DNA of 64,000 nucleotides from Saccostrea cucullata (lineage: Eukaryota): NCBI RefSeq assembly GCF_032062105.1, contig NW_026933663.1, positions 62,001 through 126,000 on the forward strand. Reading direction: 5' to 3'. The translations under genes were made by a program, and so were the position numbers. Positions within the stretch are counted from its first letter, which is position 1. Each line of letters starts with the position of its first letter. Below, piece by piece: positions 39,088 to 52,388 of this stretch. The notes beneath the pieces are model-generated. The model was not told where the DNA came from and ran no database searches. It worked only from the letters and a program-made list of their open reading frames with translations.

Positions 39088-40528
39088 CTATTAGGATAGC
39101 ATAAAAAAAGAATGTACAAATGTTTATAATTGATTTATCGAAACAAAATTTTATTTCCTTCTCCTTCGGGACTTTTTTATTCTCATGTTCATAACTAAAC
39201 CTAAACATAAAAAAAAAATGCTGGCCTTATAATGAAGAAAGGGGCCTCTTTCAAAATAGATAATTTCAGGGCCGCTTGGTCAGGGGTACCAGGGGGGTAC
39301 TTTGACTAAAAATAAATTAATGCTTTGAAATCTGCCCTTTGATAAGCAATGGTGCCTCTTTCAAAATTTGTGAATTTCATGGCTTTTGGATTAAAACACG
39401 AACCAAATACAATCGCTGGAAAGTTGTTACATGATACTCAGGTGACCTATAAGGCCCGTGGGCCTCTTGTCTTTTTTCATTCTAGACTATTGGAGAAAAA
39501 TGATTTTACTTTCCTGTAACCTTTTACATTACGTGACTTTCATTATGTTAATTTTCGGTGGAAAAATAACCCCTTTTCATGTTGTATTTAAATGGTCTAC
39601 TTCAACGTATTATATATAAAATGTAAACATAGGGTCACGAAAATATAGGACAACTAACAACCTGTTATGATGCAATGTCATTGGTATTTTCTAAAAAACC
39701 TTAAAATTGAACGATCTTTGAATAATAGAAACAAAGTGAATGCTGAGAGACATGATTTTAAAAGAAACAGAGAAAATAAAATCTATTACGCGGAGAAATG
39801 ATGATGAAATGCACCTTCATCATGTTCATGTATACAAAATACTCGGTAAATGGATCAAATAGGGTGTTAAACAAGACATTTAAATTATTTTATAGTTGCA
39901 CAGAGATTTTAAACTCATTAAATTTGACATAGCGTGAAGGACATTATTCGTTCTACAAGATAGATAAAACACAATGCATTCATCGTGTTCATGGGTATTA
40001 AATGAGATGGAAGACCTTATAAAATCATATATAATATCGTCTGTATTCAATAGCACGTCCAAATATGAAGCAGACGTGGCAAACATAAAACGGACATAAA
40101 ATTTCTGCATATGTGAAATATATACAATCGTATAATGTGCATTCAATTTTGTTGATAAATAGTTACCTTCTGAATTTCTTTTCCACAAATATGAAAGAAT
40201 TCAAATAAGGGCAATGTAGTATTGTATGCACCCCATAAAAAATTGAAACGGAATGAAGTTGGTATTGAAAAAAAAAATCTCACTCTCTATCCCTCCCCCC
40301 TCCCCAAGATGTAGGATTTTCGAGTTTTGTCTATTTTCCCCCTTTTTTTGCTTGTCGAATTTTTCAGGTAAGTAGGATTTTTTCTCTGGCTCCACCTCCC
40401 ACTTTCAATAACGATGCTTTGTTGCAACCACTATTGAATGTGGTTACTACATGTAACTATGGATGTTATTGAAATGCACTCTCAACCACTACTCATATAA
40501 TTATTTCAATAGTAGTCGTATTTCATTA

Positions 40529-41894
40529 CACTGAAAAAAATAAACTAGTGAAAGTCACTGGGAAGACTAGTAAATTTACTGTCCATACAATCACTATCTT
40601 AAAAGTACGAGGGTTGATCCAAAAGTAATGTCACAGGGTCCATATCTTTTATATTTGGCGTCATATTATCAAATACAATATATCAAAAGATGCACAAATA
40701 TAAATCTAATTAACATTGATATTTTAATTTCATAATGTTCATTTGAATTTATTTTATAGATGTTTAAACCATAGAGCATAGGGGGTGTCGCCGCGTCACA
40801 ACGGAACGTCACGTTTTAAAGTGTATTTTTTCTTAGAATGAAAAAAGACAAACACATTAAAAATATTCTAAAGAAGCACCTATTAGAATCTCCCAATTTT
40901 TTAAAGACACAATTCTCGTCATTTTCTAGTCTTTAATTGAAAATTAAATGATGGCATTGGTATTTGTGATCATCATAAACATTGTTGTTTTACTCTGTTG
41001 AATTAAGCAAAAGGATTGTCGAAATGGAGAAAAAAGGCTCGACGAGTTGTAATTCATTTTTGCTTCAAAATATGGGAATCATCACTAGCGACATTTTCGT
41101 TAATCAATCAGACTTACAGAATAAAGAATGTAAATAAGAGACATCTTAATAGATGGTTTCAGCAATTTTTGGCGGGTGATGGGTCACTGAATGATTAGCC
41201 GAGGACAAGAAGACCGAAAGATAGGAGATCGGACAGAAACGTTCAATGGTGTCTGACGTTGTCAAAAAAGACAGACGTATATAGAGTGACATGTGAATTT
41301 TTAAGTTTGTCTTATGCTACCGTTCAAAAACTTTTGACAGAGGGCTTAATTATGAAAAGAGTAAGTGTATAATGGTACCAAGAATTCTTAAAGAAAGTGG
41401 AATTGGTGAAAGTGTTTGCGAATCACTTTATATTTTTTAATGAAACAAAGGGGAAACGCTTAAAAGTATGACGATGTGTATCCGTCATATGCCGTTATAT
41501 TTAGGTGCGGCGACTACCATAAACGCGCATTGTTTAAAATCCGATATTTTGAAAAGTATACATCATATTTCTTTGAATTTTTCAGGTCTGATTTGAAATA
41601 AATAAAGCTGCCATCATGTAGAATTTTGTTGCTTTACGTCGATTTATAGCAATTTTATCAAAGTTGTGACATTACTTTTGGATCAACCCTCGTAGTTCTA
41701 CCAAGTATTGGTAGATTTACTAGATAACATTTGTAAATCTAAGAATTTCTAAGTAACTTTCACTAGGTATCTAAGTATATTTACGACCACTACTCCACGT
41801 TTCACTATGTTAGCTAGTACACAGAGTGATTACTAATCACGAAGAACTCTTTACTAGGCACACTAGTTAAATCAACTAGGTAATTTTCTCAGTG
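40529..41894. mobile_element. EnSpm/CACTA-type MITE (family of 24695-24972) split by a mariner
   Basis: CACTGAAAAAAA...TTTTCTCAGTG. Collinear with the 24695 copy once 40608-41692 is removed. Confidence 0.8.
40608..41692 (+). mobile_element. Mariner deletion derivative with pseudogenised transposase N-terminus
   Basis: TA|CGAGGGTTGATCCAAAAGTAATGTCACA...TGTGACATTACTTTTGGATCAACCCTCG|TA (28-bp perfect TIR). Mariner HTH-like RVVIHFCFK...RWFQQFLAGDGSLND*PRTRRP and a frameshifted (W)VPRIL motif near 41372-41389. Confidence 0.9.
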
Positions 41895-42597
41895 ATAGTG
41901 GTTACTATTTTTGCTATTGAAATGCACTCTCGACCATTATTGATATAATTATTTCAATAGTGGTTACTAACTAGGTTTACTATTGAAATGCACTTTCGAC
42001 CACTATTGATAGAATTATTTCAATAGTGGTTATTACCTATGTTTGATATTGAAATGCACTCTCAACCACAATTGATATAATTATTTTAATAGTGGTTGCA
42101 ACACTGCATCTTTTTTAAGTTCTAACATGAAATCTGAATTATTCTGCAGTTCAAATTTAATTTTCCATTTTGAACTAATAACAGTACTGTTAATTTTGGT
42201 TTTTAATTTGACAATCCTGGTTGCACACTAATTTGTTTTTTGCAGTGAAATGTGTTATGCTGTTTCTGAAATATCTATTAAATTAATCTTACGAATTCCA
42301 TCAACAAAGTGTGACAAATATGGTAAATATATTATGAAAATCCGGGAAAAAATAGAGCCAATTTTAACTTAAAATTGACACTTTTGAGTAATATCTGAAA
42401 ATTTACATCATATACCTTGCAAATCGGAGCTTGCCTTTGAGTGGGGCGGGGTGTCAACTTTCAATTTGCTATGGACGACAATGTACAATGTATAAAAAAG
42501 ATGTTCTTTTCTAAATATTCAAGATAATTTTGACCTATTTGCCTAAAATCAGAAAAAGTTTAAGACTTTAAAATAATTTTCTTGCTTATTAAATTTT

Positions 42598-43127
42598 CAA
42601 TGCCAGAAATCACTTTTTATTAATATAGAAAGGTCAAATAATTGATTTTGCGAAGCAATTTGAAACTTTTTCTAAGTCATAATTTTTAATGTCTTTTTTT
42701 AAACAAACTTAGAGTTCATTTTGTATTTGGAGGGAAAACGTCAAAAATTTAATTTTAAATTAAGACATAAATTTCAGTGCAAAAAGGTCATATTAAATGT
42801 ACTGTAGCGCCAAAGGAAGCGTATTGATCCCCAATTTTTTATTTGAATTCCAATGCCAGAAATCACTTTTTATTAATATAGAAAGGTCAAATAATTGATT
42901 TTGCGAAGCAATTTGAAGCTTTTTCTAAGACATAATTTTTAAGTGTCTTTTTATAAACAAACTTATAGAGTTCATTTTGTATAATACTTTAATTGAATAA
43001 GAATATTGGAGGGAAAACGTCAAAAATTTAATTTTAAATTAAGACTTAAATTTCAGTGCAAAAAGGTCATATTAAATGTACTTTAGCGCCAAAGGAAGCG
43101 TATTGATCCCCATTTTTTTATTTGAAT
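42598..43127. repeat. Tandem duplication of a ~253-bp unit
   Basis: CAATGCCAGAAATCACTTTTTATTAATATAGAAAGG starts at 42598 and 42851; the second copy has a ~20-bp insertion. Confidence 0.85.
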
Positions 43128-44651
43128 TTTAATTAACCTATGTATGTAGAAACTAAAAAAAAAAACACTTGGCGAACAAGTTTAAAAGTTTAAATATCAG
43201 GATCGAACGTCCTTAAGATGATCGTCTTAGAAAAGGATACATACGTGTATTTCTTAAAAAAATAATTTTAAAACATTGATACATTTTTCGAAGTCAATAT
43301 GGAAACATTTCAATACTGTGTATATTGAAGTAGGTTAATATTTTCAATTTATCATTAAAGACAGACCATAGTATTGACCTTCCAGGTGAATATTAGGATT
43401 AATTTTCCGTACATTTGACTAAAAATAGAATAAAAACAATTCTGAAGTTATTACACCTGAATCCAAATTCCACTCAAGTGAACATTATATTCAATCACAA
43501 AAATAGGATTGCTTATGCAAAGAAAGATGATAATCTACGATATATAGATGATAATGATATAGGTGTTGATCATTCGAGAGTACGTTTAAGCCCCACCCCT
43601 TCAACATGCACGTTGCAATGTAGTCAAGTAAGGCTTAGGGTAAGTGTTGTTTGAAAAAAGAAATTGGTACTTAAAACCCCCTTCTCGAAATAGGATTTTC
43701 GGATTTGAAAAAAAAAATCGATTTCCCTTTTTTTTATGCCTGTTAAGTTTATTTTAATTGAAAAAAAATGTTTTCTCTTTCATTTAGCCCCCCTCCTCAC
43801 GTATTAATTTGCTTATGACGCCCATGTTTATGTGTTCAATTCAAAGCCATTGAAACTACTCAGTTTACTCCATCTTTGCTGAGACGAGCTAAACATTATG
43901 GTTTATAAAGGTTCAACACTTAGAGAACGAGTGCACCTACATGAGTGGGCCCCGATAAAATGTGAAAAAATGCACAATATCTATAAAATAAGGTAAAACT
44001 TTTTTATTGACAAACGAGTTAATGAAACAAGAATTTTAGCAACTTCGTTTAAAGTCGTAATTTCATAAGTTCTTGGGTCGATACAATCTTTGTCAGCAAA
44101 TACAGTTTATCATTAAGTCAAATGCTGAGTGACGTTTTTCATACTTATTGTTAGTCCATTATTTTAATGCACTAAATTGACGACGGATTTTCAAATTATT
44201 CGATCATGTCAAAGAGCACGCAGCGGTCGAAATCGGTCGACAGGGAATGTTCACTACTCCATGGCACCTGATCCCACCTCTGAGGACTTGGAGGACTGTG
44301 TTTGGACTACCCCTTTTTTTGTATTGATTTGATATTGAAAACTGTTTGTTATCTCTATATCCTTCATTCAAAGAAACTAATGTGAATGCATATATATATA
44401 GTATATTTTTTCAAATACAGCGTACAAAATTTATGGTTTCTTCACTATGGCTCTGGGTCAAAGAATTCCAACATAGTTGGGTACAAAAATCTGATTCAAA
44501 TTGTAACGGTGGTCCAATATTGTCAACCTTACGCCAACTATCGGTCAAATATACAACCATTAACCAATGTTGGCCCAACGTATAGTCAGCTATCTTCAGA
44601 AAGTAAGTGAATCTCCCAACAAAAAAACTTTAAATGACAATTTTTTAAAAA

Positions 44652-45580
44652 TGGCGTTTTATGTCTATAACGTCATATGTTGAACGCATTGTCATGTTTA
44701 CAGTACGAGTATAAATATCTTAACATTTAGATTATACAAGTTCTAATAGGTGCAAAATTTAATTTTTTCATCATTAAACTTATTGCGGAAATATATAAGG
44801 ATGACCAGTAACTTATTTTCACTAATATTTTGAAATTCATATTCTCCTCACAAAGTCATAATAAACGAAATAAACATTCCTCGTGCATGATATTTGGCAT
44901 GCAGACAACACTGCCAGTGATAAAATATAAGTTCAGGACTGCATATTTAGGTAAGTAATGGTCAATAAGATCTCAGTCATAACACATGAAATTGATCACT
45001 TTATTTGAAAAGGGTTAAAATAAAACATCCCAATACTAAAAAATTAGCGGAGAGAGGGTGTGCCTGCAATGTTTTTTTCCTTATCAGTCGTAAGCTTATA
45101 TATGACCATTGCTCTGAAATATTAAAACATATTTAGCGCAAAAATAACATTCCGCAAACGTGCCTTGCAATAATCTACCTTCAGATTGTTCAAATGTCGA
45201 TTTAAATATCCACTCCCCTTGATTTTCATTATATCGAAACTTAGATTTGGTACGACTTTTCCGGATTATGGGTAACTATGGGCATTATGAATTATGTAAT
45301 TGCTTTCTATACATGCTGATTTAGGTGAAACTTAACGTATTTTTTAATGAGATATATCCACTGTGTTTAACTATTACCAAAAGAAAACGATTTGGTAATA
45401 TATTTTAAAGTAAATCGGCACATAAATAGGTCCATTAAGAATTGTATAAGTGCACTTGTACTTTCAAAAAGGAGTGTTTACATTCGCTGTGTTTTTCTAT
45501 TTTGAATAGAAGCTTATGGAGACAACGAACAGTATTCAATATCAAATTCCATAAAACAATACAAAATAAGAGCAGAGCAT
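44652..45580 (+). repeat. Copy 1 of a ~0.9-kb dispersed direct duplication (copy 2 at 47842-49150)
   Basis: Collinear sequence from TGGCGTTTTATGTCTATAACGTCATA to AAAAAGGAGTGT and beyond; copy 2 carries a ~360-bp insertion near 48672-49030. Confidence 0.85.
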
Positions 45581-47461
45581 TCATATACCTTTTTGATGGA
45601 AAGTCGCTTTGATCTTACCTTAAACTATTTTTTTGTCGAATATAAAAATACGATTTTCTAAAAACAAAACAAAAACAAAATAGGAACAGAAAGGGAGCTT
45701 ATAGAAATAAAACTTTTTACTTTTTTTTTTCTCACCATCACAAATTATATTTATATATTTAAAGAATTTACTCCTTTTTATTGCTACGATGTTTACAATG
45801 TATGTAGTTGACCATATGTATATATGTTTCTTTTATTTTGGCAATTTAACAAAATGTTATATGAGGAGAGGACTTTCTAAGTTACTGAACTTTTGTCCGA
45901 GCCTTTTGACTTTGTCAATAAAATATGTTCAATTCAATTCAGAAATAAAACTGCTACTCAACGGTCACATCTCTTGCTGTATATAATAAATTAAAGGTCT
46001 CTACGGCAAAACTTTATTATATGGATAGTCCTTGTTGTTTAATAAGTGTGCTGCAAGCGTTTTAGTTTGATGGGTCAAGTGATTTTGGCTGTCTTGAACA
46101 GTAGATAATCGTTTACATGACAGACATTGACGACAGATGATTGCAAGCTGTGACACCTTTATTTTAATCTAGGTTTCATTTTTTAAATGATTTTTTTAAA
46201 CTCCCAAATTCATTGACAAAAATGTCACTATGTGTTTAAAATCTCTTAATTGGATATATCAAAAGACGAATGCCTTATAAAAATACAGTCTTTCTGCAAA
46301 CATTTGCTGCAACTTGTTACAGACACTGTTGCATATTTGCTGCCATAAAGCTAAAACAACACGACAGACTTAAAAACCTTTGTGTTTGCAGCAAGTATCG
46401 ACAACGTTAGAGCAAACAATTTACCATGCAAAAGAGGATTACTGCTAGTCTGCTGCCAATATTTGATTTTCATATGAAAGATATAGGGTTACTTGCTAGT
46501 AACGTAGTGTTCAAGCTCAAAATTCGATTAAACAATACAAAATTGGAGCAAAAAAAAAGAAGGAAACTCTAAACATCAGAAGTGGACACAGGTCCCATTC
46601 ATGGAGGAGTGAGCATCCCCTGCCTACTGGTCACAGGCACCGTGTGTTCCATGTCATGATCGAAAAAAAAACGAAAAAAAAAACCGTCGACAAAACAGTG
46701 TGTAAATAATAGCCTCATGATTACCATATGTACTATGGGAAAAAATATCAGTAAGCATTTGAATATGTTGAATTAATGATAAATTGTATTTTATAACAAG
46801 GTCACTCTATTGAATGAAGGATATGGAGATAACAGATAGTATTCAATATCAAAGTCCATAGAACAATACAAAATAGGAGCATCGGTGGGTATACACAAGC
46901 CAGCGTCTTTCCATCTTTCTCAGTCCCTTTAAGCTCCACTTCACACCAAACTTTCCCGAGGAAAACCGACCGAGTGAAAAGCTCGGCCTTAAATAATCTT
47001 AAATGAAGCTTAAATGTTTGACACTAATTGTAAGACATGCCGTTCGTATAAAATTAATGAGAATTTATCATAAAAAGAGGCTGAATGAAAGTTGTTTAAT
47101 CCTCAGTTTTATAATAAACTACCGAATCAAATGGTATTATGTTTGACAAGTAAGATTGTGAATGTAATTAAAATTGCCATTCCATTATCACATGAAGCAT
47201 TGTAGGCTTGATGCTATGCCTAATCCAGAATCATACATAGAATCAAGTGATATCATACAGAGGAAGTTTGATTAAACTTTAAGGAAGGATTGTTAAAGCA
47301 TGGCATATATATATACTATTGGATATTCAGGTAAGTCGCAGGTTTACTGAATAAAAATTCGTACGAGAAAACATATCTTGAATATTTAATATATATATTT
47401 CCTAAAAATTACAGTGTATTATCTGCAAATTTCATTGAATTTGAGTAGTTATAGTGATATA

Positions 47462-47782
47462 TATAGGATCTCACATGATTTGTAGTTGGATATGATTTTT
47501 ATCCAACGAGTTGTGTGGATTTTATCCCCGAGCCTTGGCGAGGGGATAAAAACACACAACGAGTTGGATAAAAATCATATCCAACTACAAAAACATGTGA
47601 GGTTCTTTTTATCCCATGTTTTTAACAAGACAAAAAATGTTTGACACTGTTTTTATATAGGACTCCATTTCATTTTACTTCATCACTCTAACGCAAAATC
47701 CATTGTGACGTCACAACTGTGTGATATGAAAACGACATCACATGAGCTATATCAACGGGATAAAGGGTTAAACATGGGATAA
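47462..47782. mobile_element. Crypton-like element with a terminal palindrome
   Basis: ~145-bp palindrome centred on TATCCCCGAGCCTTGGCGAGGGGATA, followed by TTTATCCCATGTTT...AAACATGGGATAAA inverted ends. Confidence 0.6.
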
Positions 47783-49089
47783 ATTAATGTAAACAGTTTT
47801 TAGTACTTTTTAACGCTTAACTATTGAAATATATGGAAAATTGGCGTTTTATGTCTATAACGTCATATATTGAACGCATAGTCATGTTTACAGTACGAGT
47901 ATAAGTATCTTAACATTTAGATCATACAAGTTCTAAAAGGTGCAAAATTTAATTTTATTCATCATTGAACTAATTGCGGAAATGTATAAGGATGACCAGC
48001 AACTTATTTTCACTAATATTTTGAAATTCAAATTTTCCACACAAAGTCATAATAAACGAAATAAACATTCCTCGTGCATGAGATTTAGCATGCAGCGACA
48101 ACACTGCCAGTGATAAGATATAAGTTGCTGCATTTTTAGGAAAGTAATGGTCAATAAAATTTCAGTCATAACACATGAAATTGATCACTTTATTTGAAAA
48201 GGGTTAATATAAAACATCCCAATACTGAGGAAATTAGCGGAGAGAGGGTGTACCTGCAATGTTTTTTTTCTTTATCAGCCGTAAGCTAGTATATGGCCCT
48301 TACTCTGAAATATCAAAACATATTTAGCGCAAAAATAACATTCCGCAAACGTGCCTTGCAATGATCCACCTTCAGATTGTTCAAATGTCGTTTTGAATAT
48401 CTACCCCCCTTGATTTGAATTAAATCGAAACTCAAAGTAGGTTTGGTACGACTTTTCAGGATAAAGGGTAACTATGGGCATTTTAAAATATTTAATTGCA
48501 TCCTATACATGCTGATTTAGGTGATACTTAACGTATTTTTGATAAGTTATATCCACTAGGTTTAACTATTACCAAAAGAGAACGAGTCAGTAATATATTA
48601 TAAAGTAAATCCGCAAATAAAAAGGTCCATTAAGAATTGTATAAGTGCACTTTTCCCTTAAAAAAGGAGTGTGTCTGTGCATAGCAGACATACAGAGCAT
48701 AAAATATTATGCAACTGAACATAAATCATAAACTTCTGTAATACATGATCCCATTTTTATAACACAATTTTTGCGCCTTTTAAAACTTAAAATTCATTTT
48801 TTGTTTGGAGATTCATTTATATTTCTCTCTGAGAGAAATTTTCAAGTATTGATCTTTAATTAAGTATTGCTCAATTTCATAGCAAATGAGGTTGCCCACA
48901 CTTTATGAATGTTTTGCAATCAGGAATAAAAAAAAAAGAACGTGTAACAATTTTTCATAATCTTCATCTATCTTATCTAAAAAATAAATGGAAAAAAATG
49001 TTTGATACTTTTAGATGTTCATAACATTAAATTTACATTCGCTGTGTTTTTCTATCAAGCAAATTGTGAAATTGATTTGAATAGTAGGA

Positions 49090-50450
49090 TATGGAAACAA
49101 CGAACAGTATTCAATATCAAATTCCAATACAAAATAAGAGCAGAGCAAGCACGAACCTCTGAAGCATCAGATGTGGGATCAAGTGCCATTGAGGAGTGAG
49201 CATCCCCTGCTGACAGATCACATCCGCCGTGTGCTATTTGTCATGATCGGGAATAACAGAAAATTCCGTCGTCAAATCAATAATGAAATAAGGTATCATT
49301 TTAAAACATCTATCGGGATATAAATAGGGGTTGGTCACGAGATTAAATTCTTTAACGCCCGAAGGGCTTTATGATGAATATAGTCTTGTACCAACCTGTA
49401 TTTATAACCCGAAAGATTGTTGTAAAATGATACCTTATTACTTTTATTACACTTGTGACTTATACATACTTTATATTTGCCTGATTGTGACTTTTAACGT
49501 GTAAAATGCATTATTTTTCAAACCGAACGTCATGTATACAATCACTAAACACACTAAACTCACGTCAACCCTTTATGACGTTACTGAGAAATTACGTCGA
49601 ACGATTATCAATACGCATATCTATGACGTCTTGACCCCGTACCGGTATTTATACAGTTATAGATAAACATTGCTTTCAGTAGTGTTAATATAAAAGAAAA
49701 CATTTGCAAATGTAAATATTATATAAATAATGGACTAACAATGAGTATGAAAAAAGTCATTCATGCAGCATTTGACTTAAAGCTGAACACGATTCGTAAA
49801 TAGGCATACGCCATTTTCGATAGCATTATCTACGATACATCAATACTAGGGTATATGTAATCGTCGCATTCGTTACACCTGACTGCTTTATTGTATCGGC
49901 GTGGAATGGCGACCCGTGTTCTTGAGATTCTTCTGGTTATCTTGCATTACCTTTGTTTATATTTTATTGCAGTTACGTTTATCTATGTTGTTTGAATACT
50001 GCACTGACTTATACAAATAATTGTAAATTTATTTTGTATCTTACTTTCCTGCATTAGACGAAGTATTACGTTATTATTCTCGCTTCCGAGTTATGTATAG
50101 CATAAGTCGGTCTACACCGATGTCGACTGATAACACTGAACAGTGACTAAGTTCTGCCCTATTTATAGGGGTCTGCAGAGTTGCGAGACTCGGAAATAAA
50201 AATGGCGTACAGATTCCTTTTATGAATCGTGTTCAGCTTTAATGATTAATTGTATTTGCTGACAAGGTCATTGTATCGACTATAGAACTTACAAAATGAT
50301 AACTTTAAACTAGACTGCAGATATTCTTGATTCATCAACTTGCTTATCAATAATTTAGCTCGTTTTAGAAATTGTTCATACGTACGTGCTCTTGCATATC
50401 GAATCAACTGAGATATATAAACTCCGTATGTAGGTGATGGAGGTATTTGT
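49090..50450 (-). mobile_element. Penelope-like retroelement 3' fragment (RT C-terminus plus tail), twice interrupted
   Basis: 50449-50246 translates to QIPPSPTYGVYISQLIRYARARTYEQFLKRAKLLISKLMNQEYLQSSLKLSFCKFYSRYNDLVSKYN. A related RT motif, TSASYLDVLL, lies at ~40040-40085 (-). Insertions at ~49281-49720 and 49781-50238. Confidence 0.8.
49781..50238. mobile_element. Kolobok-type non-autonomous DNA transposon (TTAA TSD)
   Basis: TTAA|AGCTGAACACGATTC...GAATCGTGTTCAGCT|TTAA. The uninterrupted Penelope-like copy near 44110 has a single TTAA at this site. Confidence 0.8.
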
Positions 50451-50844
50451 TTGTGTGGATTATTGGAGTGTGAATTACAAAGACTTGCACGAAGGAATAT
50501 TTTTCATAAAGCGCTAATCATGTGCTCCTTGTCCTGATCGGGAAATAACGGAAAAATTCGTCGTCAATTCAGTGTATAAATAATTGACTAACAATGAATA
50601 TTAATAACGTCAGGAGTATTTTACTCAATGACAATTTGTATATGTATAAAAAATGATATATGGTTTCTTTTCATTACAAATTATAGACAGTCTCTCAGGA
50701 CACAATGATATATTTTGTTTTTCAAATAGTGTTACAAATAAAAATTTTGAAACATTTTTATCCAATTCTATATTCTATTGCCACTGGAATTTTCACTAGA
50801 ATATATGTTAAATATGATAATATACGTGAAATAAAAGTAAAAGA

Positions 50845-51240
50845 CACAATTTTGTGCCTCTGCTAGGGATTGAACCCGGCTTCTAACTTTTCAGTCCAGG
50901 GCTCTACGAATGAATTGAGCTAAAGGGTTAATCCAAAAGCCCAACCTAGTAGGATGTCATGTATCTTACTCTGCGGCATGGACCACTTCCAGAGAATGAG
51001 ATCTCCTCACCTCTGTTGGAAAACCGACGCCTGTGGGACGAGATTCTAGAGGCAATCACTTTCACCCACCAGAGAACATCTGGGTCCCAACGTGGGCGCA
51101 AAATATAACAGGGACAATTTTGTGCCTCTGCTGGGGATTGAACCCGGGTCCTCTGACTTGCCGTCCCAGTGCTCTACCAATTGATCTAAAGGGTTAACCC
51201 ACTAGCCAAAGCAAGTAGGATGCCATGTATCTCTACCACA
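50845..51240 (-). mobile_element. Terminal-repeat retrotransposon in miniature (TRIM-type) with tRNA-derived terminal repeats
   Basis: Two ~120-bp direct repeats (50846-50966, 51114-51240), each with Pol III A/B boxes on the minus strand. The internal region has a tRNA-Lys-PBS-like TTGCGCCCACGTTGGGAC next to the 5' repeat, which begins TGTGG. Confidence 0.65.
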
Positions 51241-52388
51241 TATATGTTTCACTAAAATTCAGTTTGTTGGTCATTATTTTCGAATTAACCCATACAAAAA
51301 TAACCGCCCAGATGAGAACCCCTCTTTTCCTACGTATAAATGAAACATAATTTAAGATATATTTAAGATATTTTTTACAAAAAAAATGTCGAAATAATGC
51401 CACATTTAAATTCTTGGGTATTTCGTTTTCATACTTATTCTGCAATTCTATTTGTCATCTGCATATATTTAATGCATCAATTGAAAAGCATTAACCAACG
51501 ACAAGACATATTTAGGAGTTTGTTCATAAAGCAAGAAGGAAAAAGCTGAACGGTTTCGAAAAGGTGCCAGAAATAATGCATATATAAAGGCAAATCTTTT
51601 ATAAACATGTTCCAGAACTTTATAAAATACGAAGCAGAAGGCAAATTATGATTCTTTGTATGCTATTTTGTGTATATATACAGTGTCTTGCGATGAGGCA
51701 AAATTAAAGGTGAGCATCTCACAGTAATTCAAGTTCTTTAACGTTTTTTTTCTTTCTCTCATTAAGTTGGTACAATACTAGGAAGCATTTTCAAATTGGG
51801 TAACATATAACATTATTGAAGTAATATCAATAACAATTGTATAGCTCGTCTTGTACCTTACATGATGATTTATTGATGTAAAGGATTATAGCTTATATAT
51901 TACATATTTAAATAATCAATCTGCTAGTTATCTTATTGAAAGATAAGATATTTCAGATGTTTAAGGCATTCCAAAGGAAACCAAATTTAAATCTGAAATG
52001 CACGAAGAAAAGAAAACCCATTGCATTGCATTGACAACAATTTAGGACCAAAAAATAGCAGTTGTGTTAGGAGGCATAACATGCATAATGTATGTTCCTA
52101 TTTACAAATAACAAAAGTGAAGTAATATTATTTACTAGTTCGTCAGCTATAGAGATTTTATTACTTGTGTTGCATAAGAGCATTTACCTTTAACCCACTT
52201 TTGAATTATATAAATTCAAAAATATATGAATTCATTGTATTGTGAACCGTTTATGTAAATGAATCCCTTTATTTTCATAACATTGGAAGAAAATTTAATA
52301 CAAACATACATCATGTGAGCTACATGTACGTTTCTTAGTTATTTAATACCTTCTAATCTCTTTCAGAAGACAACCCTGAACACTCAAG

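Larger units (their letters stand above)
35292..39470 (-). mobile_element. Helentron/HINE with ~168-bp satellite monomers, interrupted by later insertions
   Basis: Hairpin AGGTCACCTGAGTAAACTCAGGTGACCT at 35297-35324, monomers at 35530-36066, and the other end ACTCAGGTGACCTATAAGGCCCGTGGGCCTCTTGT at 39436-39470. Confidence 0.75.
40420..42103. mobile_element. TG...CA TIR element built of ~61-bp tandem units; host of nested insertions
   Basis: TGTTGCAACCACTATT ... AATAGTGGTTGCAACA ends; repeated unit TTGAAATGCACTCTCGACCACTATTGATATAATTATTTCAATAGTGG. Confidence 0.65.

Noticed and set aside
51130-51195. Functional tRNA genes (also 3810-3850 and 5300-5350)
   Set aside because: A/B boxes are present but acceptor and anticodon stems do not pair; these are SINE/TRIM heads.
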